A stretch of 63,040 nt of DNA, the filler included, from Lenisia limosa (lineage: Eukaryota; Protista; Breviatea): the NCBI GenBank assembly GCA_001655205.1. It is 13 parts of 13 records of this genome, joined end to end, with 100 filler letters (N's around TTAATTAATTAA, not from the genome) between each part and the next. Parts side by side here need not be neighbours in the genome. Positions count along the whole stretch, not along the records: positions 61,600 to 63,040 come from LPNZ01011269.1; 12 more parts are not named here. One strand, given 5' to 3'. Under the pieces are notes generated by a model, which saw only the letters and a list, made by a program, of their open reading frames with translations, did no database searches and was not told the DNA's origin. Of this stretch, positions 61,600 through 63,040 are shown one piece after another; within the stretch, counting starts at the first letter, position 1; every line of letters starts with the position of its first letter. The position numbers and the translations under genes are program-made.

Positions 61600-63040
61600 C
61601 TCGCCGGCCTGCTGGTCGTACACCGCCGTATCGTCGGTTTCGCCTAACTCAAGTGCTCGCTGAGGAGTAAAATTGGAAAATTTATGAACAACAAAACCCT
61701 AAATCAATTCTGCTGGCTTAATATTTGAAGGTTTTGGTAGGTAGGGGGGGGGGGGTAAAATTGGAACATTGATGAAACAAAAACCTAACTCAACTTTGTT
61801 GGGTAAAACGAAGGAAATNNNNNNNNNNNNNNNNNNNNNNNNNNNNNNNNNNNNNNNNNNNNNNNNNNNNNNNNNNNNNNNNNNNNNNNNNNNNNNNNNN
61901 NNNNNNNNNNNNNNNNNNNNNNNNNNNNNNNNNNNNNNNNNNNNNNNNNNNNNNNNNNNNNNNNNNNNNNNNNNNNNNNNNNNNNNNNNNTCAGTGAAGC
62001 GGTTTTCCAGCAGCTGGTCAGCTCGGGCCAACGCATCAACCTGCAGTGTCGTGAATACCAAGTCCGGCTTAGCATTACATGAAAGGCTATCTCTAACAAC
62101 ATGCATATAAATGCCCCAGAGGGCTGAAAAACATAGTTGGGGCTTCATTTAGGTTCGAAAAAAGACTGAATTTCCCCGATAATCCTCGAAAACTTTTAAG
62201 CCAAGTGAAGTTCTTAACACAACCATCACCCTAAAGCTACCTGGGTTCTTGACGCGTTCTGATGCTGCTTCTCAAGCTCGGCGATTTTCTTCTCCGCCTC
62301 AGCCAAGGCCTTACTGGCTCCTTCATCCTAATAACGTCAGAAGACAACTCGAGATGCAATGTGGCCTTAGATTCCTCAACGCAGATATTCCCACCCCAAT
62401 CACCCCACCAAATACACACATTTTACTTTTTTTTGGTTTCAAAATTTTTCCAATTGTACCCCCCTCCCCCCACGGAGCCTTTGGCTTTTTCCTCAGCACT
62501 CCGAGCCAGTTCTTCGGAGTCCTTGAGAGACTGCTGGATGTCGGCGAGCCTCTGCAAAATGTCAGGGTGATGGAATTCCTAGGTTTGAACTGAGCTGCAT
62601 AATATGTTGCAAAAATGTATTCTGAAATGATATTTTCCTTCGTTCTTTTGGTAGCAAAGTACATGCCCGGTAAACCCTGTTTTTACAGGTTTTGAATAAA
62701 GCAAAACTTCCATCATTTTGGTACCGACCCCTCCCCCACCTTGCCCATTTCAGCCCGGGCGTCGACATGCATGATGATCTTTGATCTATGTTCCTCCCTG
62801 ATGGTGTCGAGAGCCTCAGAGTGTCGGGCCATTTCGGAGTTCAACGACTGCTCAAGCTCGGATATCTGGGGGGAGGAGTGAAAATGGAACATTAATGACA
62901 CAAAAAAAAGGCCCAAAATCAACTCTGCAAAGCCTATCAAGATCTAATTTGCCCTAAGTCAGCAGCATTCCCTCAATCCCGCACCTGTTCCTTGAGTTGC
63001 TTGACGGCACTTTTGTGACGGTCGTACGCCTCAGCGTGGC
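61600..63040 (-). CDS. Coiled-coil protein fragment
   Basis: Exons HAEAYDRHKSAVKQLKEQ, ISELEQSLNSEMARHSEALDTIREEHRSKIIMHVDARAEMGK, RLADIQQSLKDSEELARSAEEKAKGS, DEGASKALAEAEKKIAELEKQHQNASRTQ and VDALARADQLLENRFT. Confidence 0.6.

Noticed and set aside
2189-62217. Recurring palindromic repeats as a CRISPR array or rho-independent terminators
   Set aside because: They are dispersed in spliceosomal introns, have TSDs and lack regular spacers. The context is eukaryotic.

Overview
This is intron-rich eukaryotic nuclear DNA, and the window is not contiguous. Twelve artificial 100-bp linkers (44 N + TTAATTAATTAA + 44 N) join 13 short scaffolds, so adjacency across a linker means nothing. I reconstructed genes by splicing exons by eye; the ORF track is mostly noise. 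Recognisable genes: katanin p60 (3' part), a secreted fibrinogen-related protein, complete POP1, a complete EEF1AKMT4-like methyltransferase, the C-terminus of a class II (B12-dependent) ribonucleotide reductase, misato, LRRC9, a head-to-head pair of paralogous membrane proteins, a NUDIX-box protein with Helitron-like motifs, and a surface protein with 20 one-repeat-per-exon Cys-rich (TNFR-like) modules. LRRC9 suggests a flagellated microbial eukaryote (inference). Repeats: an abundant hAT-type MITE with 8-bp TSDs, two smaller TIR families, and a ~150-nt family that sits almost only at intron 3' ends, terminating in poly-C+AG. The strongest leads are this splice-acceptor-associated repeat family, a decayed intronless 1.7-kb segment resembling a bunyavirus-like L protein (candidate endogenous viral element), the symmetric 75-nt exon array and the class II RNR. 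All family assignments come from motif recall; no database searches were run.
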